DNA of 64,000 bases, taken from NCBI GenBank assembly GCA_951406725.2, contig OX597818.1, positions 42,594,001-42,658,000 on the forward strand, given 5' to 3'. This document shows, in pieces, positions 62,542 to 64,000 of this stretch (positions are counted from its first letter, which is position 1; the number at the start of each line of letters is the position of its first letter). Made by a program: the position numbers and the translations under genes. Below the pieces are notes generated by a model. The model was not told where the DNA came from, searched no databases, and saw nothing but the letters and a program-made list of their open reading frames with translations. Origin of the DNA: Octopus vulgaris (lineage: Eukaryota).

Positions 62542-62946
62542 GTAAGTTTCAAATGCTTTGTTTTTGATCTTTTTATCACCTTGGTTTACCTGCTTTTACT
62601 TTTTGTTCATTATTGTCCTGTTTAAATATAGGTACAGGCATGGTTGTGTGGTTAAGAAGTTTGCTTCCCAACCATATGGTTTCAAGTTCAGTCCTACTTC
62701 ATGGCACCTTGGGGGCCAATGAAAGCCTTGCGGGGTGTTTGTGTCTCCTGATGACATTGCATGATAGTTGCAAATGAAAGTCATTCATTTGCAATATCCT
62801 GTGATAATATGCCTATATACCTGGCTATGAAGAAATATTATTTTACTTGGTAACAGGTAAAGGTTGGTGAGAGGACAGGCATCTAGCTGTAGAAAACTTG
62901 CCTCAAACTGCATATGACCTGTGCCAGCATAGAAAATCAGCATTAA

Positions 62947-63166
62947 CCCTTTCGTTACTGTATTTATTTTGAGATGCTCTGTGTTTCTTTCAATTATTTT
63001 AAATATAACAAAGAATTTAGAAAAATAACTTAGTTATCGTTAACCTAGTGTTAGGAGCGTAAATTGTGACTAAGGCTTGGTAAAATATTTTATTTCAAAA
63101 CTTATGAAAAGAAGGCATTTTACCACAGAGCCGGAGCCAGTTTTAGCCGGGTTAGTAATAAAAGGG
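62947..63166. mobile_element. piggyBac-type MITE, TTAA TSD
   Basis: ttaa|CCCTTTCGTTAC...GTAATAAAAGGG|ttaa. Confidence 0.9.
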
Positions 63167-63518
63167 TTAAAACTGTGAGGGTGATTTAAAGTTATGTGTA
63201 ATGTGAAGAATTGTAAATGCAATCACATGTATGTATGTGTATATATATTATATATAATTTCAAACTAACAACTACTTGTCACTGCTCTAAGTTTGTAATT
63301 TTATATGAAACAGGATTTTTGTGTCTCAGTCATTGGCAAGGTATTATGTCAGAAGGATTTCTTCTCTTTGACTAATATTTTAAGTTTAAGATGCATAACA
63401 ACATCATTTTAACATCCACTTTTTTCATTTATGTGTACTTGAGTAAATATGGGAGTTCATGAACAATGTACTTGTTATGCATTTCCTCTTAATTTTTGAT
63501 GTTTCTCTTCCATTTCAG

Positions 63519-63701
63519 GGTGATGCAGGTTTGACAGGACGTAAGATTATTGTTGATACTTATGGTGGATGGGGTGCCCATGGAGGCGGAGCGTTTTCTG
63601 GAAAGGATTTCTCCAAGGTTGACCGTTCGGCTGCCTATGCTGCCCGTTGGGTGGCCAAATCTTTGGTAAAAGCTGGCTTGTGTAAAAGGGTGCTTGTCCA
63701 G
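63519..63701 (+). CDS. MAT: S-adenosylmethionine synthetase, coding exon 6 (gene continues beyond the window)
   Basis: tttcag|[48 protein letters not shown]...VLVQ|gttagt; 183 nt; contains the GGGAFSGKD signature. Confidence 0.98.
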
Positions 63702-63711
63702 GTTAGTTTAA

Positions 63712-63933
63712 CCCTTTCATTACCGTATTTATTTTAGAATGCTCTGTATTTCTTTCAATTAATTTTAAATATAACAAAGAATTTAGTAAAATGACTTAGT
63801 TATTATTAAGATAGTGTTAGGAACATAAATTGTGACTAAGGTTCGGTGGAAGATTTTAATCCAAAACTTATGAAAACAAGACATTTGTACTACAGAGCCA
63901 GAGGCGGTTTCAACCGGGTTGGAATCAAAAGGG
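63712..63933. mobile_element. piggyBac-type MITE, TTAA TSD, immediately after the exon 6 donor
   Basis: cag|gttagt-ttaa|CCCTTTCATTAC...AAAAGGG|ttaa. Confidence 0.9.
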
Positions 63934-64000
63934 TTAAATATTTGCAAATTTTGTCATCCAGTAATTGTGCATATGTTTATGTTACATCTGTTTATAGTTA

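Noticed and set aside
63889-63900. TACAGAGCC as a METTL16 site
   Set aside because: Part of a MITE, does not match UACAGAGAA, and differs in sister copies

Overview
AT-rich, repeat-dense animal genomic DNA. The SINE families and microsatellite style suggest a cephalopod, most likely Octopus (inference). Positions 1-50.9 kb are intergenic and consist mostly of decayed transposons: pogo, Tc1/mariner, piggyBac, Helitron/Helentron-type MITEs, RTE, CR1, R4/Dong, CRE and Penelope-like remnants, LTR-like units, many SINEs and microsatellites. The only host gene is S-adenosylmethionine synthetase (MAT/SAMS) on the + strand. It has a CCAAT/TATA/TCT promoter at ~50.95-51.02 kb and six coding exons (51058-63701), and continues past the window end. 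Two items stand out. (1) The 3' part of MAT intron 1 holds a cluster of PTC-generating candidate acceptors, a duplicated AG|GT site and a bistable structured RNA island. The gene has also lost the intron that appears to correspond to the m6A/METT-10-regulated intron of nematodes, so this cluster is a candidate alternative SAM-feedback splicing system (hypothesis). (2) Several Penelope-type minimal hammerhead ribozyme motifs occur, including two palindromic pairs and a U3-A8 core variant. Most short ORFs in the supplied track are spurious.
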